A stretch of 64,000 nt of DNA, taken from the NCBI RefSeq assembly GCF_009914755.1, contig NC_060926.1. One strand, 5' to 3'. This document shows positions 39,758 through 53,311 of this stretch, piece after piece. The notes beneath the pieces are model-generated. The model saw only the letters and a list, made by a program, of their open reading frames with translations. It did not search any database and was not told the DNA's origin. The stretch is from the human T2T-CHM13v2.0 reference genome, Homo sapiens. Within the stretch, counting starts at the first letter, position 1, and each line of letters opens with the position of its first letter. The position numbers and the translations under genes were made by a program.

Positions 39758-40240
39758 TGTCAGGCCTCTGAGCCCAAGCCAAGCCATCGCATCCCCTGTG
39801 ACTTGCACCTATATGCCCAGATGACCTGAAGTAACTGAAGAATGACAAAAGAAGTGAATATGCCCTGCCCCACCTTAACTGATGACATTCCACCACAAAA
39901 GAAGTGTAAATGGCCGGTCCTTGCCTTAACTGATGACATTACCTTGTGAAAGTCCTTTTCTTGACTCATCCTGGCTCAAAAACACCCCCACTGAGCACCT
40001 TGCGACCCCCACTCCTGCCCACTGAGCACCTTGTGACCCCCACTCCTACCCGCCAGAGAACAAAACCCCTTTGACTGTAATTTTCCTTTACCTACCCAAA
40101 TCCTATAAAACAGCCCCACCCTTATCTCCCTTCGCTGACTCTCTTTTCAGACTCAGCCCGCCTGCACCCAGGTGAGATAAACAGCCATGTTGCTCACACA
40201 AAGCCTGTTTGGTGGTCTCTTCACACGGACGCGCATGAAA
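39758..40240 (+). mobile_element. 3' LTR7
   Basis: 483-bp copy of the 5' LTR; by hand alignment about 12 substitutions, one 1-bp indel and one extra 31-bp repeat unit. Confidence 0.97.
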
Positions 40241-42123
40241 TTAAACACTTTCGATTTTGAAAAATATCACATTTCTGAGGAACCTGTAAGAGGATAAATT
40301 TTAGGTTTTCAAAAGATAATGGGAAATTTCAGGAAACAAACAGATGTTGAGAATTTAATATACTTAATTTTAGATCTAAGTCTGAAACAAAGGTGAAGAC
40401 ATGGGGAGAAAGAATAATACGTAAAGGCTATATTTTGAAATAGTAAAAAGAATGGTAGTAAAATACAGAAGAAGTAAGAAGAAAGAAAAAGTAGAACAAG
40501 TCAATTTATTGTTATAAAGGAAATAGGTGGAAGCAAAGGATACTATTTAAAACTGACATGCTAGGTAATAAAATATAAAGTAAAAATTTAAAAATTGAGA
40601 GCATTATAAAAAATAAATGTATTCATTAAGCAAAAATAGAAGCTTTCAACTTAAATATTTAAATATAAAAGATCCATTGAATAGAAAAATAGTTGTAGCA
40701 AATTCATTGTAATTAATATATTAATTATAAAATAAAATAATATCTCAGACAAATAAATCTGAGGAAATTCATCATCACTGGATCCATTTCATAAGAAATT
40801 CCAAAGGGAGTTCTTCAATCTGAAAGAAAAGAACACCAATGTGAAAAAAGAAAACTTTCGAAGATATAAAACTAACTCAAAAAAGTAGATTCACAGATAC
40901 ATTCAGAATACTCTAATACTAATTGTGGTACGTAATCCACTGATATCTTTAGTAGGGAGACTGAAAGGCAAATCTATAGAAAAGAATAGTAACTACAGCA
41001 ACCTCTTAAGACAGGGAATATAAAAAGCTGTAAATTGAGACAACAAAAAGTCAAAATGTTGAGAGGATGAGGTTAAAGTGTTGAGCATTTTAGTTTTTCC
41101 TCTGTTTCTTTTTTGTGTGATCAAAATTATCATCTATTTAAAATAACTTATAATTTCTATAAAATGTTTCTGTAAGCCTCGTAGCAGCCACAAAACAAAA
41201 ACCCGTAACAGATACACTAAACATAAAAAGCAATGAATTAAAACATAATACCAGAAAAAAAAATCACATAACTGCAAAGGAAGACAGTAAGGAAAAATTT
41301 AAAAAATTAAAAAAAAAGAAGAAGCAGCAAGAGTTACAAAACAATCAAAAAATGAAAATAAAATAAAAATTAACAAATAGCAATAGTAAGTCCCTACCTG
41401 CTAATAACATTAAATGTAAAGGGGCAAAATTCACTAATTGAAAGATACAGAGTTGCTGAATTAATTAAGAAAAGAAAACAAGGCCCAACTATTATATGCT
41501 GCCTGCAAGTAACTCACTTTTCTTATAAAGACAGAAACTGAAAGTGAAGAGATAAAAAAAGGTATTCCATACACATAGAGACCCCAAAAGAGAAGGAATA
41601 GCAGTGCTTATGCCAAATAAAATAGACTTCAAATCATTACTGTAAAGAAAGACAAAAAAGTCACTATATAATGATAAAGGGGTCAGTTTGAGAGGATGTA
41701 GCAACTGTAAATATATGTGCACCCAAAAACAGAGCACCCAAAATATAGAGCAAACGTTAATAGATCTAAAGATTGAGCTAGATTGCATTATAATAATAGC
41801 TGGGGACTTCAACACCCCCTTACAGAATAAACAAATCATCCAGAGATATAAAAACAAAGAAACATAGGAGTTAAATGATACTCTAGACCAAATGAATCTA
41901 GCTGACTTTTACAGAATATTTCATCTAACTGTGTCAGAATACACATTCTTCTCATGAACACATAAAACATTTTCCAGAATACTGTATTTGTTAGGACACA
42001 AAAAAATGTCTGAACACATTTTTAAGAAGTTGAAATAATTACAGTGTTTTATTCTGACCACAGTGGAAAATTAAAACTCAATAACAAGAGGAATGTAGGA
42101 CACTATACAAATACACGGAAACT

Positions 42124-42475
<352 letters not shown>

Positions 42476-43215
42476 TTAAGTTGGAAATTGTAAAATGTTT
42501 TGAAACAAATACAAACAGAAACAGCACTCCAAAATGCATGGAATACAGCCAATGCAGTACTAAAATGCAATTTTATAGCAATAGGTGCATAAAGAAGACA
42601 ATTAGAAAGATTTCAAATTTAAAAAATACTAACAATGCACATAACCTAACCATGCACCTCAAGGAAGTAGAAAAGCAAGAAGAAACCAAATCCAACATAA
42701 GTTGAAGGAAATAAACAATAAAGGTCAGAGCAGGAATAAATAAAATCGAGACTAAAAGATACAACAAAAATCAACAAAATTAAAAGTTCTGTTTTTGAAA
42801 AGGTAAAAATAATTGAAAATCCTTTCTAAACTAAGAAAAAGAGAGGGAAGACCAAAATAAATAAAATCAGAAATTAGAAAGAAGATGTAACAACAGATAC
42901 CACAGAAATACAAAAGACTACTAGAGACTATTAAAAACAACCCTATGTCAACAAATTGGAAAACCTCTAGGTTGAATAAATTCCTGGACATATACAACCT
43001 CCCAAGACTGAACCAGGAATAAATAAAAAACATAAGTAACAAGATCAAAAGTGTAATAAAAAGTCTGTCAGAAAAGAAAAGCCCAGGACCTAATGGCTTC
43101 ACAACCAAATTCTACAAACATTTACATAAGAACTAATACAAATTTTATTCAAACTATTCCCCAAAAAAAGAAGAGGAGACAATATTTCTACACTTGTTGT
43201 ACAAGACCAACCTTA

Positions 43216-43545
<330 letters not shown>

Positions 43546-44108
43546 AGAAAAAGATAAAATAAAACTACAGGCCAGGATTCTTGATGGACATAGATGTAAA
43601 AATCTTCAACAAAATAATAGCAAAGCAATCACAAAAACATATTAAAAAGATCAATCACCAGGATCAAGTAGAGAGTCAAGGATAATTCAACATGTGTAAA
43701 TGCATAAACATGATACATCACATTAACAGAATCAAGGGCAAAAACCATGTAATCATTTCAATAGATGCTGAAAAATTATTCAAAAAAATTCAACATTTTT
43801 ATGATAAAAAGTTTCAATGAACTGAGTATGAAAGAAACATACCTCAATACAATAAAGGCTATATAGGATAAACTTACAGCTTACATCACACTGAACAGGA
43901 AAAAAATGAAAGCTGTTTCTCTAAGTTTTGGAACAAGACAAAGATGCCCACTTTCATCATTTTTATTCAATATACTGGAAGTCCTAGCCAAAACAATTAG
44001 GCAAGAGATAGAAATAAAGGACATCCAAATTGGAAAAGGAAAAAATCAAATTATCCTTGATTGCAGACAACATAATTTTACATTTAGAAAAATCTAAAGA
44101 GTACACCC

Positions 44109-44389
44109 GTGCCAGGCGCGGTGGCTCACGCCTGTAATCCCAGCACTTTGGGAGGCCAAGGCAGGTGGATAACGAGGTCAGGAGATCGAGACCGTCCTGG
44201 CTAACAGGATGAAACCCCGTCTCTACTAAAAGTACAAAAAAAATTAGCCGGGTGTGGTGGTGGGCGCCTGTAGTCCCACCTACTCAGGAGGCTGACGCAG
44301 AAGAATGGCGTGAACCCAGGAGGCAGAGCCGGCAGTGAGCTGAGATCATGCCACTGCACTGCAGCCTAGACAACAGAGCGAGTCTGCCT

Positions 44390-44426
<37 letters not shown>
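44109..44426 (+). mobile_element. AluY
   Basis: GAGATCGAGACCGTCCTGGCTAAC and GAATGGCGTGAACCC; 36-nt polyA; perfect TSD AAAGAGTACACCC. Confidence 0.97.
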
Positions 44427-44429
<3 letters not shown>

Positions 44430-45045
44430 TACACCCAAAAATTGTTCGACCAGAAATAAATCTAATAAAGCTGTAGAACACAAAATCAGCAAAGAAGAAT
44501 CAGTAGCATTTTTGTACACCAATAGCAAACAATCTGAAAAGGAAATTAAGAAAGCAATCTCATTTAAAACAGCTACAAGAAATATAATATATCTAAGAAT
44601 AAATTTAGCCAAAGATGTGAAAGATCTATAGAAAGAAAACTATAAAAAGGTGGTTTTGAAAATTGAAGAGGACACAAAAAAATGAAAAGATAGTCCATGT
44701 TCATATTCAAATAATATTGTTAAAATGTTTATACTACCAAAATGATCTCCAAATTCAATGTAATTCCTATCAAAATACAAATGATGTACTTAACAGAAAT
44801 AGAAAAAATAATTTCTAAAATTTTTATGGAACAACAAAAAATCCTGAATAGACAAAGCACTCCTGAGCAAAAGGAACAAAGCTGAAAACATCATACTACC
44901 TGACTTCAAAAATATATTACAACACCAAAGTAACGAGAAGAGCATGCTACTGGCATAAAAACAGACACACAGACCAATGGAACAGAATAGGGAACCTAGA
45001 TACAAATCCACATATCTACAGCCACCTTATTTTCAACAAATGTGC

Positions 45046-45458
45046 TGTGTTAGTTCATTCTTGCATTGCTATAAAGAAATACCTGAGGCTGGTTAATTTA
45101 TAAATAAAAAAGGTTTATTTTGGTTCACATTTCCATAGGCTGTATGAGAAGTATGGTGCTGGTATCTGCTCCTGCTGATGCCTCAGGAAGCTTCCAATTA
45201 TGGCAGAAAGTGAAAGGAAGCCAGAGTATCACATGCTGAGAATAGGAACAAGAGAAAGAGAAGGGAGAGGTTCTAGACTCTTTTAAACAACTAGATCTTG
45301 AGATTAGTGAGAACTCACTCATCAACAAGAGGATGGCACTAAGCCACTCCTTATGGATCCGCCCCCATGATCCAATACCTCCCACTAGGCCCCACCTCCA
45401 ATATTGGAGATCACATTTCAGCATGAGATTTGGAGGAACACACATCTAAACAATATCA
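45046..45458 (-). mobile_element. MST (MSTB-like) MaLR solo LTR
   Basis: TGTGTTAGTTCATTCTTGCATTGCTATAAAGAAATACCTGAG ... CATGAGATTTGGAGGAACACACATCTAAACAATATCA; L1 ORF2 resumes on both sides. Confidence 0.93.
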
Positions 45459-46116
45459 GACAGTAAGAACATACGTTTGGGGAAACAGCAGTCTCGTCAA
45501 TAGATGGTGCTGAGAAAACTGATTAACCATATGCAGAAGAATCATGCTAGACCCATTTTCTCCCTTTATACAAACATTGAATCCAAATGGATTAAAGTCT
45601 TAAATGTAAGCTGTAAAACTATGAAACTACTAGAAAATAGTGAGAAAATGCTTCAGGACATTGGTCTTGGCAAAACATTTTTGAGCAAAACCTCAAAAGT
45701 ACAGGTAACCAAAGCCAAAATAGACAAACAGGATTACATCAAACTAAAAAGTTTCTGCACAGCAGAAACTTGACAGTGAAAGCTGACAGTTGATTGGTTG
45801 TCACCAGAGACTGAGGAATATAGGGTGGGGTGAAGAAGAGAGATGAGTTGATGGGCACAAAAATGCAGTTAGATAGAAGGAATAAGATCTAATGTTTGAT
45901 AGTAAAGTACAGAGACTATAGTTAATAATTTGTTGTGTAGATCAATGATATCTACACAATCAATGCAAGAGATATTGCAATGATTTCACTATAAAGAAAG
46001 TGAAGAGGAAGTCTTCAAAATGGGAGAAAAACATTTACAAACTTTTCATCTGATGAGGGTTTAATAACCAGAATATATAAGTCACTCAAGCAACTCAAGA
46101 GCAAAAATAATAAATA

Positions 46117-46922
46117 CAGTTGACCCTTAAAAAACACAGATTTGAACTGCATGGATCCTCTTATACTGGAATTTTTAAAAATCAATATATTGAAAAATAC
46201 TTTGGAGATTTGTGACAATTTGAGAGAAACTCATACTCAACCGTATAGCATAGAGATACCAAAAATATTTTTAAAAGGTATTTCATGAATGCAAAAAAAT
46301 ATGCATAGATACTAGTCTATTTGATTCACTGTGAGACACGAGTAATCTCTGCATGAGTAATTTGTCTCTCCAGGAAATTGTGTATCACAGTAAAAAGTAA
46401 TCTCCCATGGTTCTTCTTTATTTTTCATTGTGTTTAGTGCAATACTTCAAACCTTGCATAACACCATGGGACCTATATAAAGTGCCACTAGTGCTTCTGG
46501 AAGTGCTCCCAAGAAGGAGAGAAAAGTCATGATTTTACAAGAAAAAGTTGAATTGTGTGATATGTACCATAGATTTAGATTTGCAGCTGTGGTTGCTTGT
46601 CATTTCAAAGCATTCATATTTTAAATAGACAAGGTAAACTTACAGTATCAATAAATACAGTGTATTACTATAAATGTATTTTCTTTTTCTTATGATTTTC
46701 TTGATAACATATTCTTTTCTCTAGCTTACCTTATTGAAAAAATATATTATATAATACATATAACAGACAAAGTATCTGTTAACTGTTTATATTACCACGA
46801 AGGCTTCTGGCCAACAGTAGACTATTAGTAGTTATGTTTCTGGGAAGCCAAAATTTATACATGGATTTTTGACTACACAGGAGTCAGTGCTTCTAAATCT
46901 CATGTTGTTCAATAATCAATTG
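46117..46922 (+). mobile_element. Internally deleted Tigger2 derivative (Tigger2b-like)
   Basis: TA-CAGTTGACCCTT ... TGTTGTTCAATAATCAATTG-TA TIRs; decayed transposase start from ATG 46466 (SAPKKERKVMILQEKVEL). Confidence 0.88.
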
Positions 46923-48044
46923 TAATCTGATGAGAAAAAGATCTGAATAGACATTTCTCAAAAGGAGGCTGCAGATGGCCAACAGGTATATGGAAAAAAT
47001 ACTCTCAACATCATTAACCATGAGGGAAATGACAATAAAAAACACAAAGAGATATTATCTCACCTCAGTTAAAATGTCTTTTATAAAAAAGACAAAAAAT
47101 AATGGATGCTGATGAGGATGTGAAAAAAGAGAAATACTCATACACTGTTAGTGGGAATGTAAATTAGTACACACACTGTGGAAAACAGTACAAAAGTTCC
47201 TCAAAAGCTGAAAATGAAAATACCATATAATTCAGCAATCCCACTGCTGGGTATATATCAAAAAGAAAATAAATCAGTATATGAAGAGATATCTGCACTC
47301 CCATATTTATTACAGCACTGCTCACAATAGCCACGATGTAGAATCAACCTGTGTCCATCAAAAGATAAATGGATGAATAAAATGTGATGACATATACACA
47401 ATGTAATATTATTCAGCCATAAAAAAGAATGGCATCCTGTCATTTGCAACTATATGGGTGAAACTGGAAGCCTTTATGTTAGGTGAAATGTTCAGCACAG
47501 AAAGACAAGTATCACTGTTTCTACCATATGTGAGAGCTAAAAAAAGTGAATCTTATGAAAGTTGACAGTTAATTGGTGGTCACCAGAGACTGAGAAATAT
47601 GGGGTGGGGTGAAGAAGAGAGATGAGTTGATGGGCACAAAAATGCAGTTAGATAGAAGGAATGAGATCTAATGTTTGATAGTAAAGTAGAGTGACTATAG
47701 TTAACAATAATTTGTTGTGTAGATCAAAATTATTGGAGAAGAGATATTGCAATGATTGTACTATAAAGAAGGGGTGAATGTTTGGAGTGAAGGCTGTCCC
47801 AATTGCCCTGGCTTCATCATTACATATTGTATGCCTGTATCAAAATTTTACCAAATACTCCCAGGATATATACAACCATTACACATGAATAACAAATCAG
47901 GAAATAAAATAGACTTGACATCAAATATATCAGTCATATAAATAAATATGACTACACTTAACCAACTTATTAAAAATGATTTTCAAATTGACTTTCTAAA
48001 GAAAACCTATCTGCTAAGTACAATCAACATACCTTAAGTAGTGC

Positions 48045-50248
48045 TTTGGTAAAAGTCTTCAAAACATGGAAAAAAGATGGCCCATGATAAGTGAAACAAA
48101 AATGCTGGAATTGCTCAGACATACTCTGAAAAAAGGGGAATAAAAGTTTCAGGTAGATGAACATGTTGAAATGCATGTATTATGTATGGTTGGAAGACCT
48201 ACCAGGTGATTATGTTATTGGGAAGAACTAAGTACATTTATTTACCAAGACCATAAATAATGCACTGGTGAGAGGAAGTTGGAGTCACATAAGAATCTAA
48301 AATTACATGTGTAAATCTCTAATTATATTTTCATTTATTTCAAGTCCCGCTTTTTCAGAAGCCAGACATATCCTGGAAAGTGATGGTACAGGGTCACACC
48401 TTCAACCAAGCAGTGGTCCTAATTATTGTGATCGCTAAGCTAGATGTAGTAACTTTGCAACAGCAGATTACCACAGCCTAATATACATGGTGTGAAGACA
48501 TTATTTGGGGAATAAATTCTTTTCTATGTCAATCAGGAAAGGGAAATCAAAGACAATGTATATTATTTTACGACAGAAAATAATGTGTATTTTTTATTTT
48601 CTCTCCTAGGGCCATTCTACCTGTAATATAGTCCAAACAAGTCTGGGTCATCTGGACATCCCATAAAACATCACATTGATGATTTTACAATGATCAGGCC
48701 AGATAGCATGAAGTTGCTAGCATGCTGAAGGCCTTTGCAAAACACGTGAGCTCCAGGGCATAGGAAACAAGCCCTATGAAAATTAAGGGATTTATGGAGA
48801 GTCTTTGGTCCTGGAGGCAGTAGAGTTCACACTTGGTAATACTGCTCTAGCCCATGTGTTGTTTGACACAAAATTTTTCAGCTTTGACTGGGGACTAGAG
48901 CACAAACTGGCTCTGGAGACAGTCTGAACTAGCATACATGTGGAATGGGACATACAGTACAGCAGACCATGTGGTGTAGGATCAATGTTAAGAAAAGATG
49001 TAGTTTGAACTTTGTGGCAAGGCACAGTGAGAGAATCATAATACCTCTGTTCTTCTAATGCAAACCCATCGCATCTTTAGAAGACAATTAAACACATTTT
49101 GAACAACAATCTATGGCATAATATTAGGCCCTTACAGAAACATAACACCTGATCATGGTTCATGTAGCACTATTTCTTGAAAGCAACCACCCACTTGGCA
49201 GCAAGTTAACTATGCCAGACTCTCTTTATTCTGAAAAGGACAGCAATTTTTCCTCATGGATATAGGTATCAGTTCTGGGTACATTTTTGGTTTTTTCTTT
49301 TCCACATAGCTTCAGCCAGCACCATTTTCCAAAGGATTATAGAATTTTTTTTATCTACCAGCATGAAATTTCATTTAATATCAAAACAGTCCAGGGAATC
49401 CTCTTTATAACAGAGGAAGGGTAAGAGTGAGACCATAACCATGGGGTCCCCTGGTCATATTACGTACCTGCACCATCTAAATTTGCTGACCTGATAAAGC
49501 ATTAGATGGTGAGCTGAATGTATAGCTGAAATACCTACATAGCTTGAAGGGAATGCATGAAAAAATGGTGCCTTTTACCAGGATGCAGTATATGTGTTAA
49601 CTCAAACATATCAATACAGCACTGTGTCCTCAATAGGAAGAGTGCACGGAGTTCAAAAAACAAACAGTAGGAAAAAGAATGAGCCCAATAACACACATTT
49701 ATATTCTCAATAAAACACTGAGGCATTGTGCACGTCTTGTTTCAAAACATTCAGAACCCCTTGTTTTTGAAACTAGAAGCGAAAAAGAGAAATCACTATT
49801 TTAAAAACAGAAACTGGCTTGGATTATCAGGAGGAGGGAGTTACTAATACACCACAAAAGTCAGGAGAAAAATTGATAAAATCCAGGTGATCTACTTAGG
49901 TAACTTTTGGTACTGTTTGGCTTAATTGTGATGGTAAATGGAGGGGACAGTACTCTTGGCCTTATATGGGAGCTCAGGTGGGCCTGTCTATTGAGACAGG
50001 GGCTCAGATCCCTCACATATGAGTCTGTGGGTCAAAATATCAAGAAACCATCAAAGCCGGAAGAGGTTCTAGCTGAAGGTGAAGAGAATCTAGACTGGGT
50101 TGTGAAGAAAGAAAACAGTGGCTGTTAACTGTAGACCTGAGACTCTCTCGTATGTTTCCCATCAGAAAGAGAAGTTCACTAGTCTCCTAATGAAAGAGTT
50201 CCCTGGGTGTATATGAAGATGTGGAGCTAAGTTGCACAAGAGATGGCA
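48045..50248 (+). mobile_element. ERVL-class (HERV16/ERV3-16-like) internal remnant
   Basis: Decayed gag-like (AATGCTGGAATTGC...ATGTTGAAATGCATGTATTATGT) and pol-like segments abutting an LTR16A-like LTR; no ORF. Confidence 0.6.
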
Positions 50249-50519
50249 TGTATCAGACAAAAAGATGTGTCTCCTAGATCCACCTTTATAGAAAGTGGGG
50301 CTGCTCAACTGAAGGAAATGCAGTTGGCAATCTCCAGCGCCCGGCTCCTTCAGGGTCTGCCTTAGATGCAGAGTGCTACCTCACCAAGGTCATAGAGTCC
50401 CCAGGGTAGCCCACATGTGATAACTGAACAAGGTGGGCGTACAAAAGTCTAGCCATATTTGCCTGTCATAGGACAAACAAACTTTGTCTCACTCTCTTCT
50501 GAGAACCAAGCCTGTGACA
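50249..50519 (+). mobile_element. LTR16A-like LTR (internally deleted)
   Basis: GCTCCTTCAGGGTCTGCCTTAGATGCAGAG...CCAAGGTCA...GCCCACAT; ends GAACCAAGCCTGTGACA. Confidence 0.78.
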
Positions 50520-52394
50520 CTTGAATATTTCCAAAAGCAAACAACAGAATATTTACTAACCAATGGCTTTCTGCTCTAACACCAATGCTCAGGGAGGAAG
50601 CCTAGAGGTATTCTCATATGTTGGCCTTATCCCACTGAAATTTTACAAAGTATAGCACTTTCATGTGAGGAGAAATGTTACAAATTACATTAATGGGACT
50701 CTATGGTCCATATAAGTCTTTATTTTAATGAGTTGAATTATAATGAATTTGATTTTTATTATCTCCCAGGGTGATTTTATAATTGATACAATCACCTTTC
50801 TCCAATAACTTCCTCCTTTAGCTACTTAATTCCATCTTGCTTGTTTTCTTTCTTAGTTTCCCTATGCTATTATAATAGGATGCTAATAAGTACCCCCTAT
50901 TATAATAATGAGAAACAGTGTCTTTCCCATATAAAAGAAATGCTTTAACAGATTTCTTTCCTGCAAATGAGTTAGAGAACCCTTCCTTCATCAAGTCAAT
51001 CTAGGGACACCTATTCATGTCAATATTTTCAGAGAGAACTCTGAGCTGGACGTAAGGATCCCAATGTTCTTATTCTGGTTATGTGTGGTCTCCAATTAAG
51101 TTAGTCTTTCTGACCCATAGTAGTCATATTTTTTCCATGGAGATATTATCTTCTCTATATCATCATGTTATTGTTGTAGAATCTGAAAAGTTCTTATGAG
51201 AAAGTACATTGAAAAGTTCATAATACCTTACATTATAGAATGATTTTATTACCCAAGGCATATCTTTGAAAATGTCTGAGATATTAACTCATTCTTTAAA
51301 TTTAGCTAAATAATGTTTTGAATTAATTTGATTCTAATCAATAGAACTGTTGATATAGCTGCAAACAGGGAAGAATTAAACATGTAATCATGAGATATAA
51401 AAGAGTGAAGCAATATTGTGAGAATTCGCTCATATTCATGCTAAAATGTTTTGGATTGTTTAAAAACAGCAAAATAGAACAACGGAAATAAAGCCTTGTC
51501 TGAAATAAAATAATATCCAAAAAAATCACCATCTAATAAATCTAAAATTAGCCTGAATTGTTCCATTGCATTATAATGAAAAAAATGTATAAATCAACAA
51601 GCTTTGAAAAGATAGATAAATCATTAGATAAAAATAACACAGGATTACTCCAAACAAATTATATTCAACAAACTTTATGGCTGTGCAACACTCATTTCCA
51701 AAATAATAAAGAAAATGCATCATGAACTGCATATTGGGATCTTACTGAAGTACTTGATCACCATGGCTCATAAAATTTTACTGGTAAAAAATTAGTAAAA
51801 TTAGTTTTATATGAGCAGAGGAGTGTGGCCTGAAACCTTAGAACAAAATTAAGGAAGTCAGAGTGGAGGATAAATTGGGATGTGCTCAGTGGTTGCCAGT
51901 TTTTGGTCTGTAGAGTGACTTCATAAACTCTCCTGGGCCTTCATTAATGGGTGGGACATATGTACACAAATATGCCTAGCGCCTGCCTCAGACCTCCTAA
52001 TAGAGAATCTCGGTAGTGGAACTGGAGAATCTGTATTTTGAACAAGATGTCTCAGGTGATACAGATTTGCTGCCATGTTTGTGGATTACTAGCATGACCA
52101 TGTATATTGTAAAGGGGATACCTTAGCTCAACCAATAGCCAGAATGCCAGGTTCATTTAGAATGTATATGCAAGTGTGTTATCTGGAAGAAAGAGGTAAT
52201 ATAATTATTCTGAGACACTAAGCAAGATTGCATTGCCAAACCAAATCCAGAGAACATTGGACCCACATGCATTCTCTGCCTGCCAATAAAAACATCCTCT
52301 TCAGATTCATACTGCATGTGAGCCTCTAGGTGTGCCAGTTCTGTCACAAGAATGCATTCTCTCTACACTAATTAAGCCAGAATTATGATTCTAA

Positions 52395-52712
52395 TCTGGT
52401 ACTTCCAAAAATTTTCTTAGAGAAGATAAGTGTTTCATGGCTAAAAATGTTCGATTACTAAGTAAACGTGGGGAACTTGGGTTAACAAAGTTAAATGGGT
52501 TTCTTTACTGTAGGGCTTTTAAGAAGCCCTTTTAATATGTACTGTGGACTTCAAATATAAGCCACAAGACACAGTATTTCAAAACACTTTTATAAAAGTG
52601 TTTCACTCTTGTATATCTCATTATCATGTCCATGAGACACTTAAATTTCACAGGATGTATCTCTTGGGTCTAGTATTCTAGACCCAAGTGGAACACACTT
52701 TTGGAATCACTT
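52395..52712. mobile_element. Old hAT-Charlie non-autonomous element
   Basis: GGGTTAACAAAGTTAAATGGGTTTCTTTACTG ... GGAACACACTTTTGGAATCACT resembles Charlie4/MER112-113-type elements. Confidence 0.55.
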
Positions 52713-52764
52713 TTATGTGCACTCAAAATCCCAGTTCTTTTTGTTTGTTTGTTTTAAATTTACT

Positions 52765-53022
52765 TACTTTTTTTATTTCAATATGTTTTGGGGGAACAGG
52801 TGATGTCTGGTTACATGAATAAGCTCTTTAGTGGGGATTTCTAAGATTCTGGTGCTCCCATCACCAATCACCTAAGCAGTGTTCACTGTACCCAATGTGT
52901 ACACTGTACCCAAGGTGTGCTCTTTTATCCCTCACCCACCTCCCACCCTTTCCCCGAGTCCCCAAAGTCCATTGTATCATTGTTACGTCTTTGGGTCCTC
53001 ATAGCTTAGCACCTGCTTATGA
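52765..53022 (-). mobile_element. L1PB-type 3' end
   Basis: GGGGGAACAGGTG...GGTTACATGAATAAG...CCCCGAGTCCCCAAAGTCCATTGTATCAT...CTCATAGCTTAGC is the L1PB1/2 3' UTR. Confidence 0.88.
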
Positions 53023-53039
53023 TGTGCTGTTACCTTAAG

Positions 53040-53276
53040 CTTGCTAGGATTTTGTCGAGGATTTTTGCATCAATGTTCAGGGAGATTGGTCTGTAGTTTT
53101 CTTTTGTTGTTATATCCTTTCCTGGCTTTGGTATCAGGGCAATACTGGCTCCCTAGAACAAGTTAGGGAAGATGCCCTCTTTCTCAGTTTTTTGGAATAG
53201 TTTCAGTAGGATTGGTACCAATTCTTCTTTGAAGGTCTGATAGAATTCTGCTGTGAATCCATCAGGCTCTGGGCTT

Positions 53277-53311
<35 letters not shown>

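Larger units (their letters stand above)
34482..40240 (+). mobile_element. HERV-H provirus, common ~5.8 kb deleted form
   Basis: Two LTRs (TGTCAGG...CATGAAA), 5-bp TSD TTAAA (34477-34481 / 40241-40245), His PBS, PPT, gag zinc knuckle and pro/RT/RNaseH/IN remnants; length 5759 bp. Confidence 0.98.

Noticed and set aside
34484-39969. Near-identical 69-aa minus-strand ORFs at 34484-34693 and 39760-39969
   Set aside because: They are antisense frames of the two LTR copies; the identity reflects LTR duplication, not a gene pair.
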